Assembly (NCBI GenBank): GCA_031285845.1
Contig: JAITVK010000006.1
Coordinates: 1,286 to 65,285 of the forward strand
Direction: 5' to 3'
Length of the DNA stretch: 64,000 nt
Source of the DNA: Propionibacteriaceae bacterium
GTDB lineage: Bacteria; Actinomycetota; Actinomycetes; Propionibacteriales; Propionibacteriaceae
A model generated the notes under the pieces. It did not search any database. It was not told the origin of the DNA and worked only from the letters and a program-made list of their open reading frames with translations. Position 1 is the first letter of the stretch, and the number at the start of each line of letters is the position of its first letter. Positions 36,263 through 46,440 of this stretch are shown in pieces. The position numbers were made by a program, and so were the translations under genes.

Positions 36263-39200
36263 TCATTCCATGATCAGCACATGATCGCAGCGCTGGGCGA
36301 CCGACTCGTCGTGGGAGATCACGACCACGGGACGCCGGTCGAGATGGGCGAAGATATCATCCATCAACGCCTGCGCCGTCTCCCGATCCAAGTGCTCGGT
36401 CGGCTCGTCGAGGACGAGCAGCCGGTAGTCGCCGACGAACAGCCGGGCCAAGGCCAGCCGACGGGCCTCACCGCCGGACAGACCGGCACCCATCTCATGA
36501 ATCTGGCGGCCCAACTCCAGATCGAGTCCGGCTTCGCTCAGCGCGGCCCGTACCTGATCATCGGTGGCGTCCTTGTTGCCGATTCGGACGTTCTCGGCCA
36601 CCGAGGTGGCGAAGATGTGGGCGTCTTGGGCCAGGTAGCCGACCCGTCCCGTGGTCTCCAAACTGCCCGCGACCGGCGGAATCAACCCCATCACCGTCGC
36701 TGCCAGCGTCGTCTTCCCAATCCCTGACGGGCCCATCACCGCCACCGCGTGCCCGGCAGACACCGCCAAGTTGATGCCGTCGGCGACCCGTGGATGACCG
36801 GGCCAGCCGATGCTCAAATCCTCACACTGAAGACTCGGCGCTTCGTCACTGCGACCGATCGGAACATCGCCACGACCAACCGGTGAAGCGTCCAGAATCG
36901 CGGTCACCCGGCCCAGCGCGACGCGGGCCCGAGTCCACGTCTGCGCCGACTGAGCGAAGGTGGCGAAGACCTCATGCAACGCCATCGGCGTCAACACCAA
37001 CACCGCCAACAGCCGACCGCCGAGCGTCCCGTCGGCCACAGCGACCGACCCGATCCACAGTCCGCCGACGAAGCCGATTCCCGCCACGATGGTCTGCAGT
37101 CCCGCGCCGACTCCCTGAGCCCAGCTGGTACGCTCCGCCGTACGTCGCAATTCCAGGTCGACATCGCTCAACCGCCGCAACGCCCGACTCTGCGCGCCGA
37201 AAGCAGCCAAGTCGACAGCATTGCGCGAGATGTCGTGAACCACCACGCCCAACAGGCCGCGCAGCGGCACAGCGTCACGATCAGCCCGCAGCGACACCCG
37301 TTGAGTCAGCCACGGAATGACCAGGCCCCCCAGAATCGCCGTCAGCAGGATCAATCCCGCCGCCGCCAACGAGAACCGCGCCACCATCGCACAGACCACC
37401 ACCACGACCAAGGCGGCCGCCAAGAACGGCTGCACGATGCGTACGATGATGTCATCGATCGCCGACACGTCGGTGACCACTCGGACCAGCAGATCCCCTT
37501 GGCGACGCCCGAGCAGAGTGGTCCGAGCCAGCGCGTCGTACGTGCGCAAGCGCAGCGCGGACTGCATCGACAAAGCGACGTCATGGCCGACGAGCCGCTC
37601 GATGTAGCGGAAGACGCCACGCGAGATGCCGAAGAAACGCACTCCGACCGCGGCCACCGACAAGTCAAGGAAGGGCGGATGCTCGGCCGCCTTCGAGATC
37701 AGCCAGGCCGACACCCCCATCAAACCGACCGCCGCTCCCGATGCGCAAGCGGCGAGGACGATCGCCAGAACCAGACGGGAGCGCGAACCCGGAACGGCGT
37801 CCAACAGAGAGAACACCAACCGCAGCATCGGAGAAGAGGTCGCGGGTCTGCGATGAGAATCATGTACGGGATCCGCCGACGGAGGCTTGAACCCCGGCTG
37901 AGAGTCGACCACCTGGCGGCCACCGCCACCGCCAGCGGTCTCAGCCGACTCACCGCGCTGACGTGGACCGCCGCGGTCCGGCTCGGACGACTCGCGAGAT
38001 CCCGCGCCGCGCGGACTGAGCGACAGCGACGAGTCCGATCGATCAGCCCAGGCACGGTCATGGGCCACGGTCGAATCCGATCGATCACCCTGGACACGGT
38101 CATGGATGACTGTCAGATGCTCGATATTCGAGTCGGCCATCGAACGGGGCCGCGCTCCGACCGGCTCCAACCCCGGGTCGCTCCCACCGACGACTGCGCC
38201 GATCTGAATCACCTCGTCGGCCGCGTCGAGCACGGCCCGACGATGGGACACCACCAGCGCAGTCGCCCCGGATCGGCGCAGGCTGACCAAGACTTGGGCT
38301 TCAGTGTCCGCGTCCAAACCGGCCGTCGGCTCGTCGAGGATCAACAGCTTCGCGCCTGATCCGATCCTCACCAAGGCGCGCGCCAAACCGACCCGGCGAC
38401 GCTCCCCGATCGACAGTCCCTCGCCCTCCTCGCCGACCCCGCGCGCCGGGTCCAGCCCGCCCGCGCCAGCCGCCGCCAATGCAGCCGTGACCTGATCGTC
38501 ACTGGCCTGATCGTCACCCAGGCGTACGTTGTCGGCGATCGTGCCGTCGATCATGCCCGGGATCTGAGGCACATAGGCGATCATCGACCGCCAAGCCGCC
38601 CAGTCGACCTGTGACCACTCGACCCCACCCAAGGTGAGCACCGGCGTGGAACCAACCGTACGCTCGCCGCTCGACATCGCACCGGCGCTGTCGAGCGGCC
38701 CGGGCGACCCATCCGGGGCGTCGGGGGCCAGAAATCCCATGACACAGTTCAACAGCGTCGTCTTGCCGCCCCCGGATCGACCGGCCAGCGCCACGATCTG
38801 GCCCGGACGCAGGCTCAGATCGAACGGTCCGACCCGATGCTCGCCATCGGGGTAAGTGTGACTGAGATGGCGAGCCTCGATCGACGGCTCGTACGCCACC
38901 TGACCCCCAGACGATCCCGCCACAGTCGTCGTACGATCGATCTCGCAGAAAGCCGCCTCGGCGGCGGCCAACCCGTCAGCCGAGTCGTGGTAATGCACCC
39001 CGACCTGACGAATCGGCAGATACACCTCAGGGGCCAAAATGAGAACGAACAAGGCGGTCGAGAAATCCATCTGGCCATAGACCAGACGAGTGCCGATGAC
39101 CAGGGCGACCACCGCCACCGCCAGGGTCGAGAACAGTTCCAAGACGAAGGCCGACAAGAACGAGATGCGCAAGATCCCCATCGTCTCGCGGCGGTTGGCG

Positions 39201-40345
39201 TCCTCAGTCCGCTTCAGACCGGCGGCCTGCGCCTTCGCCCGGCTGAAGACCTGCAGTGTCGGCAATCCGGTGACCAGATCGGCGAAATGACTGGCCAGAC
39301 GGGCTTGGAACGCCCAGCGTCGGGTCACCTGTTTTTCGGTCGTCCACCCGACCAGGGCCATCAACAAGGGGATGAACGGGATGGTGGCCGCGATGATGAG
39401 GGCAGTGCGCCAGTCAGTGAACAGAATCGCCGCCCCCAAGATCACCGGCACAGTGACCGCCAAGAGCAGTTGTGGAAGGTACTTCGAGAAGTAGCCGTCC
39501 AGCGCGTCCAACCCCTGGGTGACCAGCGTGACCAACGCCGAGGAGGACGACCCTTCGTGGACCGGTGAGGCCAGCCGCGCGGCGATGATGTCGTGACGCA
39601 ATTGGGATTTCACCGCGGCGGAGGCACGCTGAGCCAACCAAGCCGAAGCCCAGGCCAGCAAACCCCGTCCGACAAGGACCAGCGCCAACAGTCCCAGCGC
39701 CAAGCCGAGACCGGCCAGCGTGTGGGTGGCGAACACATCGGCGATCGTCGACGACAACAATTTGGCTTGACACAGGACTAGCACGCCGGTGGCGGTTCCG
39801 ACCACGACACCAAGAATCATGTACCGCTTGGTGGCGTGGGCGCGCTTCAACAACCGAGGATCGATCGGGCCAGCGGGCACTTTGCGCGGCTGAGACTCAC
39901 CGCCGTCCCGCTTCGAGCGCCGCCGGGCGGCCTTCGTCCGATCATCAGCCGCTCGGTCAGGCGTTGCAACCGCTCCGAATTCGCCCACGCCGACCACCGC
40001 CGGAGACTCGCTTGCCCCCATCCCACCCGAAGCCGGCTCGTCGACCTCCAGGACTGCCGTCGGATCCGCGCTCGCCAGATCTGCGGCGCTGACCTCATCT
40101 GACGCCACGACCGCGTCCTCACGATCCTCGACTGTCGCAGCCATCGTCGCCGCGTCGCCCTGATTGCGATTCACCTCTGTGTCCTTCCCCGGTTCCGCGA
40201 GCCCATCGTCGATCGCGAGGCCCACCCCGGTCGATCCGTACGGCCCACCGGCATGCTCCGCTTTCAACGCAGTACGGGGCCGCTTGGTGGCGACCCCGTA
40301 CTGGGCGATATGAACTGAATCCGTCTTAGGAGGCCGTAGTGACAT
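36263..40345 (-). CDS. cydDC: Fused CydD-CydC thiol-reductant ABC exporter (single 1,360-aa ORF)
   Basis: Two TMD+NBD halves lie in one frame. The CydD-like half has PIDPRLL, Walker A GRSGGGKT and LILDEPTAGLD. The CydC-like half has Walker A GPSGIGKT, LSGGEARR and LVLDEPTEHLD. They are joined by a ~120-aa low-complexity linker. The ORF overlaps the cydB stop by 20 nt. The exact start is uncertain. Confidence 0.85.
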   Translation of the reverse strand: MSLRPPKTDSVHIAQYGVATKRPRTALKAEHAGGPYGSTGVGLAIDDGLAEPGKDTEVNRNQGDAATMAATVEDREDAVVASDEVSAADLASADPTAVLEVDEPASGGMGASESPAVVGVGEFGAVATPDRAADDRTKAARRRSKRDGGESQPRKVPAGPIDPRLLKRAHATKRYMILGVVVGTATGVLVLCQAKLLSSTIADVFATHTLAGLGLALGLLALVLVGRGLLAWASAWLAQRASAAVKSQLRHDIIAARLASPVHEGSSSSALVTLVTQGLDALDGYFSKYLPQLLLAVTVPVILGAAILFTDWRTALIIAATIPFIPLLMALVGWTTEKQVTRRWAFQARLASHFADLVTGLPTLQVFSRAKAQAAGLKRTEDANRRETMGILRISFLSAFVLELFSTLAVAVVALVIGTRLVYGQMDFSTALFVLILAPEVYLPIRQVGVHYHDSADGLAAAEAAFCEIDRTTTVAGSSGGQVAYEPSIEARHLSHTYPDGEHRVGPFDLSLRPGQIVALAGRSGGGKTTLLNCVMGFLAPDAPDGSPGPLDSAGAMSSGERTVGSTPVLTLGGVEWSQVDWAAWRSMIAYVPQIPGMIDGTIADNVRLGDDQASDDQVTAALAAAGAGGLDPARGVGEEGEGLSIGERRRVGLARALVRIGSGAKLLILDEPTAGLDADTEAQVLVSLRRSGATALVVSHRRAVLDAADEVIQIGAVVGGSDPGLEPVGARPRSMADSNIEHLTVIHDRVQGDRSDSTVAHDRAWADRSDSSLSLSPRGAGSRESSEPDRGGPRQRGESAETAGGGGGRQVVDSQPGFKPPSADPVHDSHRRPATSSPMLRLVFSLLDAVPGSRSRLVLAIVLAACASGAAVGLMGVSAWLISKAAEHPPFLDLSVAAVGVRFFGISRGVFRYIERLVGHDVALSMQSALRLRTYDALARTTLLGRRQGDLLVRVVTDVSAIDDIIVRIVQPFLAAALVVVVVCAMVARFSLAAAGLILLTAILGGLVIPWLTQRVSLRADRDAVPLRGLLGVVVHDISRNAVDLAAFGAQSRALRRLSDVDLELRRTAERTSWAQGVGAGLQTIVAGIGFVGGLWIGSVAVADGTLGGRLLAVLVLTPMALHEVFATFAQSAQTWTRARVALGRVTAILDASPVGRGDVPIGRSDEAPSLQCEDLSIGWPGHPRVADGINLAVSAGHAVAVMGPSGIGKTTLAATVMGLIPPVAGSLETTGRVGYLAQDAHIFATSVAENVRIGNKDATDDQVRAALSEAGLDLELGRQIHEMGAGLSGGEARRLALARLFVGDYRLLVLDEPTEHLDRETAQALMDDIFAHLDRRPVVVISHDESVAQRCDHVLIME

Positions 40346-41435
40346 CCAAAGCCGGGATGTTCTTCGTGCTCAGGCGACGCCTGAAGACGAAGAAATAACT
40401 CCACGCGGTGTAGGCCAAGACGACCGGCACCAGGAACAACGCGACCCAACTCATGATGGTCAACGTCAGCGACGAGCTCGACGCCGTTGTCAGATCAAGC
40501 GAGATCCCCGTGTTGCGACTGTTGTCGAAACCCAGGCTCGGATAGAAGTGACAGAAGAACATCACGATGAGCGTCACCGTCGCCACAGCAGTGCCGACGA
40601 AGGCCCAACCGTCACGACCGCGACTGTTCATGAACCAGGCGAAGCCGACTGAGACGATCGCGAGGATCCCGGTGATCCAGGCGGCGACCATCAACCAACC
40701 GACCTGTCCGGGCAGCTTGTAGGCGATGTTGCCCCAGATCACCAAGGCGATCGCCAAGACGCCGGTCACCAACGCCAGATTCCCACCGACCGTGCTGGCA
40801 CGATCATGGATCGGGCCTGTGGTCTTCAGTGAGACGAAGAAGGCCCCGTGCGTCAGGAACAAAGCGACGAACAGCAACCCGCCGATGAGGCAGAACGGCA
40901 TGAACAGGCCCCAGAAGGTTCCGGTGTACAACGTCACCGTATTGCCGAAGACCGTGGTGTGCGGTCCGACCGGCAGCCCTTTCAGGAAGTTCGCGAAGCC
41001 AACGCCGAACACCAGCGCCGGAAGGAACGACCCGACAGCCAGCGCCCAATCCCAGGCATTGCGCCATGTGGCGTCCTCACGCTTGGACCGGTATTCGATG
41101 GCGATCCCACGCACGATCAGGCCCAACAGGACCAGGAACAGTGGAAGATACAGCCCCGAGAACAACGTGGCGTACCACCCGGGGAAGGCGGCGAACATCG
41201 CGCCGCCCGCGGTCAGCAGCCACACCTCGTTGCCATCCCAATGTGGGCCGATGGTGTTGATGACGAGCCGACGATCCTGGTCGGTCTTGCCGAGGAAAGG
41301 AACCAGCATCCCGACCCCGAAGTCGAAGCCTTCGAGGAAGAAGAAGCCGATCCATAGAACCGCCACAAGGATGAGCCACAGAATCTGTAAGAAGCTCGGG
41401 CTGGCGGCGGGAACAGCAATATCCAGTATTGTCAT
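40326..41435 (-). CDS. cydB: Cytochrome bd ubiquinol/menaquinol oxidase subunit II
   Basis: Polytopic ORF directly after cydA, with WLILVAVLWIGFFFLEGFDFGVGML typical of the CydB N-terminus. Confidence 0.9.
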   Translation of the reverse strand: MTILDIAVPAASPSFLQILWLILVAVLWIGFFFLEGFDFGVGMLVPFLGKTDQDRRLVINTIGPHWDGNEVWLLTAGGAMFAAFPGWYATLFSGLYLPLFLVLLGLIVRGIAIEYRSKREDATWRNAWDWALAVGSFLPALVFGVGFANFLKGLPVGPHTTVFGNTVTLYTGTFWGLFMPFCLIGGLLFVALFLTHGAFFVSLKTTGPIHDRASTVGGNLALVTGVLAIALVIWGNIAYKLPGQVGWLMVAAWITGILAIVSVGFAWFMNSRGRDGWAFVGTAVATVTLIVMFFCHFYPSLGFDNSRNTGISLDLTTASSSSLTLTIMSWVALFLVPVVLAYTAWSYFFVFRRRLSTKNIPALDVTTAS

Positions 41436-41449
41436 ATCTGAATCCCTTC

Positions 41450-42916
41450 TCAGTACGCGAACGACAGAGGCTCAGCCTCGTCTTTGATAGACACGTCGAC
41501 CTTGGGAGCCAACCCGATCTTGATGTACTTCAGGAGCAACCTGACCTCGATCACAGCCAACACGGCGTAGACGAGCGTGTACACGATCATGGAGAACCAC
41601 ACCGGACCGACTCCCACGCTGGGAGACAGCCCTTGCAAGGTGGGTAGCACACCGTTGACGATCCACGGCTGGCGACCCATCTCGGTGAAGATCCACCCGA
41701 AGGAGTTGGCGAGCAGCGGCAACAGCGGCATGACCACGGCCAGACAAGTCATCCAAGCTCCGGCACTGGGAATGTGGTCTTTTCGAATCGCGATCAAGAA
41801 ATAGATGCCACCGAGCACGGCTAGCATCCCGACCCCGATCATCAATCGGAACATCCAGAACGACACCGTGGTGTCGGGCAGAGGATCGACGTCGGCCTTG
41901 ATCTTGTCGAGTTGGTCAGCGAATTGCTGCTGCAACGCGTTGCCGGCGATGGGCTGACCGGCAGCACGATCAAACTGCTGGAATCCCTCGGATTGGAACT
42001 GCTTGTCGAGGTCAGGCAGGGACTGAATCGTGTCTGTGCCGTACAACCAGTTGAGCAGGCCAGGGAAGAGGTTCACCCCTGGCAAGACCTGGAACGGGGC
42101 CTGGCCTTCGGGGAAATTCTCTTGGATGTTCTCAGCCGCAGCCATCTTGGTCGGCTGGGTCGTGACCAGTTGCTTGCCCATCAGGTCACCGGTGATGACA
42201 GTGCACACACCAGCGACGATGAGAACCCAGGCGCCGAACTTGGTCGCCTTGCGATATGCCGCCAGATCATCCTTGGGCGCGCCTTCCTTGGCCTTCTTCG
42301 CCAACATGTAGCAGGCCACGGCGGCCATGAACGCCCCGGCCGTCACGAAGGCGGCAGCGATGGTGTGTGGCCATTGGGTCAGGAAGATCGGGTTGGTCAG
42401 CAGAGCCAAGAAGTCACTCAACTCAGCACGACCTTGCTCGGCGTCGTAGATCGCGCCCACCGGATTCTGCATCCAGGCATTGGCCGCGATGATAAATATA
42501 GAGGAGATGAAGGTGCCTGCCGCGGCCAACCAGATGGTCGCCAGGTGCACCCCCTTGGACAAGCGATCCCACCCGAAGATCCACATTCCGAGGAAGGTGG
42601 ACTCCAAGAAGAACGCGATGAGAGCCTCCAGCGCGAGCGGAGCTCCGAAGATGTCGCCGACGAAACGGGAATACTCCGACCAGTTCATACCGAACTGGAA
42701 CTCCTGCACGATACCAGTAACAACTCCCATGGCGAAGTTGATCAGGAAGAGCCGCCCGAAGAACTTCGTCAACCGTAAGTAGGCATCATTGCCAGTTTTT
42801 GCCCAGGCAGTCTGCAGCACGGCGACAAGAACACTCAGCCCAATCGTGAGAGGCACGAAGAAGTAGTGGTACACCGTCGTAATAGCGAACTGCCATCTAG
42901 CCATGGTATCCGTCAT
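41450..42916 (-). CDS. cydA: Cytochrome bd oxidase subunit I
   Basis: ARWQFAITTVYHYFFVPLTIG is the conserved CydA N-terminus, and a Q-loop region is present. I prefer the ATG at 42916 to the TTG at 42925. Confidence 0.9.
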   Translation of the reverse strand: MTDTMARWQFAITTVYHYFFVPLTIGLSVLVAVLQTAWAKTGNDAYLRLTKFFGRLFLINFAMGVVTGIVQEFQFGMNWSEYSRFVGDIFGAPLALEALIAFFLESTFLGMWIFGWDRLSKGVHLATIWLAAAGTFISSIFIIAANAWMQNPVGAIYDAEQGRAELSDFLALLTNPIFLTQWPHTIAAAFVTAGAFMAAVACYMLAKKAKEGAPKDDLAAYRKATKFGAWVLIVAGVCTVITGDLMGKQLVTTQPTKMAAAENIQENFPEGQAPFQVLPGVNLFPGLLNWLYGTDTIQSLPDLDKQFQSEGFQQFDRAAGQPIAGNALQQQFADQLDKIKADVDPLPDTTVSFWMFRLMIGVGMLAVLGGIYFLIAIRKDHIPSAGAWMTCLAVVMPLLPLLANSFGWIFTEMGRQPWIVNGVLPTLQGLSPSVGVGPVWFSMIVYTLVYAVLAVIEVRLLLKYIKIGLAPKVDVSIKDEAEPLSFAY

Positions 42917-43130
42917 GACTCGCAATCTACCTCGTCACAGGGGGATTTGCAATTACAGGCCCTACTGGCCAAGACGGGTGATAGTGATCAGCTATTAGGA
43001 TGGTGGGTTGACATGACTGGGAGATCGGTTTCGGGTCACGCTCCGGGCTCGCTCGCCGCAGACCGCGCTGACCGATTCGACGTAAGCTCACGGAGATGTC
43101 AGCCTACGAGTCGTGTCGATTTGCCCTGGA

Positions 43131-43166
43131 CTGTACGGACGTATAGTGTGCCGTACGTGCGTACAG
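43131..43166. promoter_or_regulatory. Cluster of GTAC-core inverted repeats around a TATAGT hexamer between cydA and the ABC-2 exporter
   Basis: In CTGTACGGACGTATAGTGTGCCGTACGTGCGTACAG, CTGTACG pairs with CGTACAG and GTACGG pairs with CCGTAC. TATAGT lies at 43142-43147. Confidence 0.3.
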
Positions 43167-43307
43167 CCAAGTCGGATGATTTCGGCACCCGCGAGCCCCA
43201 GACGGCATCCAGCGTGAGTTGGTCGCCGACGAGCCGGCCCGCTGACGCCGAACACCCCGGTGACGAAGTCACTGGCGCGCACACCCCAACACAACGAAAG
43301 GACAACC

Positions 43308-44237
43308 ATGTCTGGCAACGCTATTGAAGTTGTCGGTCTCACCAAGCATTACGGGAGCTTTCATGCCCTGAACGGTTTGGACTTGACAGTCGAAGCTGGT
43401 GGAGTCACCGGCTTCCTTGGGCCGAACGGCGCTGGCAAGACCACGACGATTCGTATCCTGCTCGGACTACTCCACGCCGACGGCGGAACCGCCCAGGTTC
43501 TCGGCGGCAACCCGTGGACCGACGCGGTCGAACTGCACAAGCGTCTGGTCTACGTGCCCGGTGACGTCGCACTGTGGCCGAACCTGACTGGCGGCGAGAT
43601 CATCGACGTGCTGGGACGACTGTCCGGAGGCTTGGAGAAATCTCGCAAGACCGCGATGCTGGAACGCTTCCAACTGGATCCGCGCAAAAAGGCCAAGACG
43701 TATTCCAAGGGCAACCGCCAGAAGGTCGCCCTCGTCGCGGCTCTGGCCTCGCGCGCCGAGCTGCTCATCCTCGACGAGCCGACCTCCGGGCTGGACCCGA
43801 TCATGGAAGCCGAGTTTCAATCCTGCATCCGCGAGATCAAAGGCGAAGGCCGCGCGGTCCTGCTGAGCTCTCACATCTTCTCCGAAGTCGAGAAGCTGGC
43901 CGACTCCGTCACCATCATCCGTGACGGACGCAGCGTCGAATCTGGCACTCTGGAACAGTTGCGCCACCTGACCCGGACCCACGTCCGAGCAGGTTTCGCC
44001 ACCAACTCCGATGCGTTGGCCCAAGTCAACGGGGTGTACGACTACTATGACGACAAGGGCGAGGTCACCTTCTCGGTCGATCATGACCAGTTGCCGAACG
44101 TCTTGGCAGCGGTCGCGGCGCTCAGCCCGACCGCACTGGTGGTCAACCCGCCGAGCTTGGAAGAGATCTTCCTGTCCCACTATGAAGACACCATGTCGCC
44201 CGCTCAGGCGGCCGCCGTCCGGGGAGAGATGAAGTGA
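43308..44237 (+). CDS. ABC transporter ATP-binding protein (ABC-2 exporter type)
   Basis: Walker A GPNGAGKTTT, signature YSKGNRQK, Walker B LLILDEPTSGLD. AAAGGA lies upstream of the ATG at 43308. Confidence 0.9.
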   Translation: MSGNAIEVVGLTKHYGSFHALNGLDLTVEAGGVTGFLGPNGAGKTTTIRILLGLLHADGGTAQVLGGNPWTDAVELHKRLVYVPGDVALWPNLTGGEIIDVLGRLSGGLEKSRKTAMLERFQLDPRKKAKTYSKGNRQKVALVAALASRAELLILDEPTSGLDPIMEAEFQSCIREIKGEGRAVLLSSHIFSEVEKLADSVTIIRDGRSVESGTLEQLRHLTRTHVRAGFATNSDALAQVNGVYDYYDDKGEVTFSVDHDQLPNVLAAVAALSPTALVVNPPSLEEIFLSHYEDTMSPAQAAAVRGEMK

Positions 44238-45904
44238 CCACGACCTCGCCGTCAAGCGTCGTCGCGACACCGGCTGCCGTGGCCGGCTCGCCACGATCGC
44301 CATTGGCCCATCTGGGCACGATGGTGGCCTTCACCTTGCGCTACAACCGCATCCGATTGATCGTCTGGCTCCTGCTAACCGTTGGGATGGTCGCGTTCAT
44401 CGGGTCGTACTACAAGGGGCTGGACCCGCAAGCCCTGCAAGAACTCATCATCGCCGGTCGGGTGCCGTCGATGCAGTCCCTGCTCGGCTGGATCACCGCG
44501 GCTGCGCCCGGCTCGGCCCCCCTCGGAGCGGCCGTGTGGATCAAAAGCTGGATGTTCGTGTCGCTCATGCTCGGCATCGGCATGGTCTTCCTCGTCACCC
44601 ATAATCTGCGCGCCGACGAAGACACAGGCCGTACCGAACTGTTCCGCTCGCGTCCCCTCGGCTTGCACTCCTCGCTGGCTTCGACCCTGATCATGACGGT
44701 CGGGTTGTGCCTGATCGCCGCGATCGGAATCGGCGCTGTCGGCGTCGCTCAGCAATACGGCGCCACGTTGGGGAGCACAAGTGGCGGCGATCCCGACCCG
44801 CTCGGCTCCTGGGTGTTCGGCGCGTCGATCGGCGCGGTCGGCCTGATCGGGATTGGCGTCGGCGTCTTGACCAACGAACTGATGTCGACATCGGGCGGGG
44901 CCAACGGGCTCGGCGCGGCCATCCTTGGCCTGTTCTACATCGTCCGGATGGGAACCGACATCCAAAACGGCGACCTGACCTGGATCTCCCCGATCGGGTG
45001 GGCGGAGAAGATGGATCCGTGGAGCCACAACCTCATGTGGCCGCTCGCGGCGATCATCGCGTTGACGGCCGTTCTGATCGGCGTCGGTTGGATGATCGAA
45101 GCCCGTCGTGACTACGGCGGATCCTTGTTCGCTGCCCGGCCGGGCCACGCCAGCGCCCGCCGATGGATGACCTCGGTGACCGGACTGGCCGTACGTCTGC
45201 AACGCACGGCGTGGATCGGGTGGGCCGTCGGCATCGCCGTGTTCGCGCTCATGCTCGGCTCCATCACGCCGATGATGGCTGACATGTTCAAATCGGCTGA
45301 TATCGGTGGAGTCGACGCCTCGTCGATGCTGGCGGTCATCGGGTTCCTGCTGTCCATGATCTCACTGGGTGTGTGCTCGTTCGCGGTCTACTCGACCTCG
45401 ACGATGGCGCTCGACGACGCGCACGGTCTGCTCGAACATCAGTTGTCCGGAGCCGTGTCGCGCGTCGGTTGGGCGCTGAAGCGGTTGGCGGTCTCCTTCG
45501 TCGGCACGCTGATTCTGCTCATCATCCTCTGCAAGGTCTACGCGCTCAGTTACGGAGCCGGCATGAATGATTTCGGCGACTTCTGGACTATCACCGCCCT
45601 CGCCTTCGCCTTCGTGCCCTCGATGTTGGTCCTGATGGGCGTCGTGGTCTTGGGATTCGGCTGGTGGCCACGCCAAGCCGTCGCCATCGGATGGGCCCTG
45701 TTCGGCGCGCTCTGGTTCATCATGATCCTCGGCCAAGTCCTCAAACTGCCCGAGGACGTCCTGAACGCCATGCCGTTCTTCTCCGCCGCCACGACCTTGG
45801 CCAACGGCCCTGACTGGGCGACCCTGATCGTGACAGCCATCGTCGGTCTGGCGATGATCGTCATCGGGTTGATCGGATTCAGGCGCAGGAACGTTCCGGC
45901 GTAA
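44234..45904 (+). CDS. ABC-2 family exporter permease (large, ~12 helices)
   Basis: The GTG start overlaps the ATPase stop (GTGA). The ORF is highly hydrophobic and polytopic. Confidence 0.75.
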   Translation: MTTTSPSSVVATPAAVAGSPRSPLAHLGTMVAFTLRYNRIRLIVWLLLTVGMVAFIGSYYKGLDPQALQELIIAGRVPSMQSLLGWITAAAPGSAPLGAAVWIKSWMFVSLMLGIGMVFLVTHNLRADEDTGRTELFRSRPLGLHSSLASTLIMTVGLCLIAAIGIGAVGVAQQYGATLGSTSGGDPDPLGSWVFGASIGAVGLIGIGVGVLTNELMSTSGGANGLGAAILGLFYIVRMGTDIQNGDLTWISPIGWAEKMDPWSHNLMWPLAAIIALTAVLIGVGWMIEARRDYGGSLFAARPGHASARRWMTSVTGLAVRLQRTAWIGWAVGIAVFALMLGSITPMMADMFKSADIGGVDASSMLAVIGFLLSMISLGVCSFAVYSTSTMALDDAHGLLEHQLSGAVSRVGWALKRLAVSFVGTLILLIILCKVYALSYGAGMNDFGDFWTITALAFAFVPSMLVLMGVVVLGFGWWPRQAVAIGWALFGALWFIMILGQVLKLPEDVLNAMPFFSAATTLANGPDWATLIVTAIVGLAMIVIGLIGFRRRNVPA

Positions 45905-45932
45905 TCGCAGGCAGGAGAGTAGGCACGAGTGT

Positions 45933-45972
45933 GTGGGCGGTCCCGATCCGGGGCCGCCCACTGTCGTTTGCT
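45933..45972 (+). terminator. Intrinsic-terminator-like hairpin after the ABC-2 permease gene
   Basis: 12-bp stem GTGGGCGGTCCC/GGGGCCGCCCAC (one G-U pair), a 5-nt loop, then TGTCGTTTGCT. Confidence 0.55.
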
Positions 45973-46440
45973 ACGGATCGCAGGACGTACGGCGGGAAGG
46001 ACAGTTGCGCCGGTGGTCGCCTGCGGGGGTGGCGTTCGTACGCAGCGACAGCGGTCGTCCGCGGTAAAGACCGTCGCAGGGAGAACGATTCCGGCGCTCG
46101 GCCCCGGGATTCGGAGCCCGCGACTTCACACCGGCTCCGCTCTTGAGGTTTGGCGGTTAGCATCGCGCCCGAAGGTTCCGTCACCGGCTCGGTGCATAAC
46201 TGCGCAAAATCGACGAATCCGAGGTGGGTCGTACGATCCTGTCACGATCGGAGGCGAATTGGAGCCCATATCGGAATGAAACACCGCAATATCGTCGATC
46301 GAGCCGAGATGACGTCGACATTGCGCCGTTCCGTACGCCGCTCGCACATCGCCGCCCCGGCCTGCGCGCGGAGTTCGCTCTGCGGCGCGGCGCGTCGTAC
46401 CCTAAACTGGTAGAAGACTTCTTCACGGAAGGAATAGACC

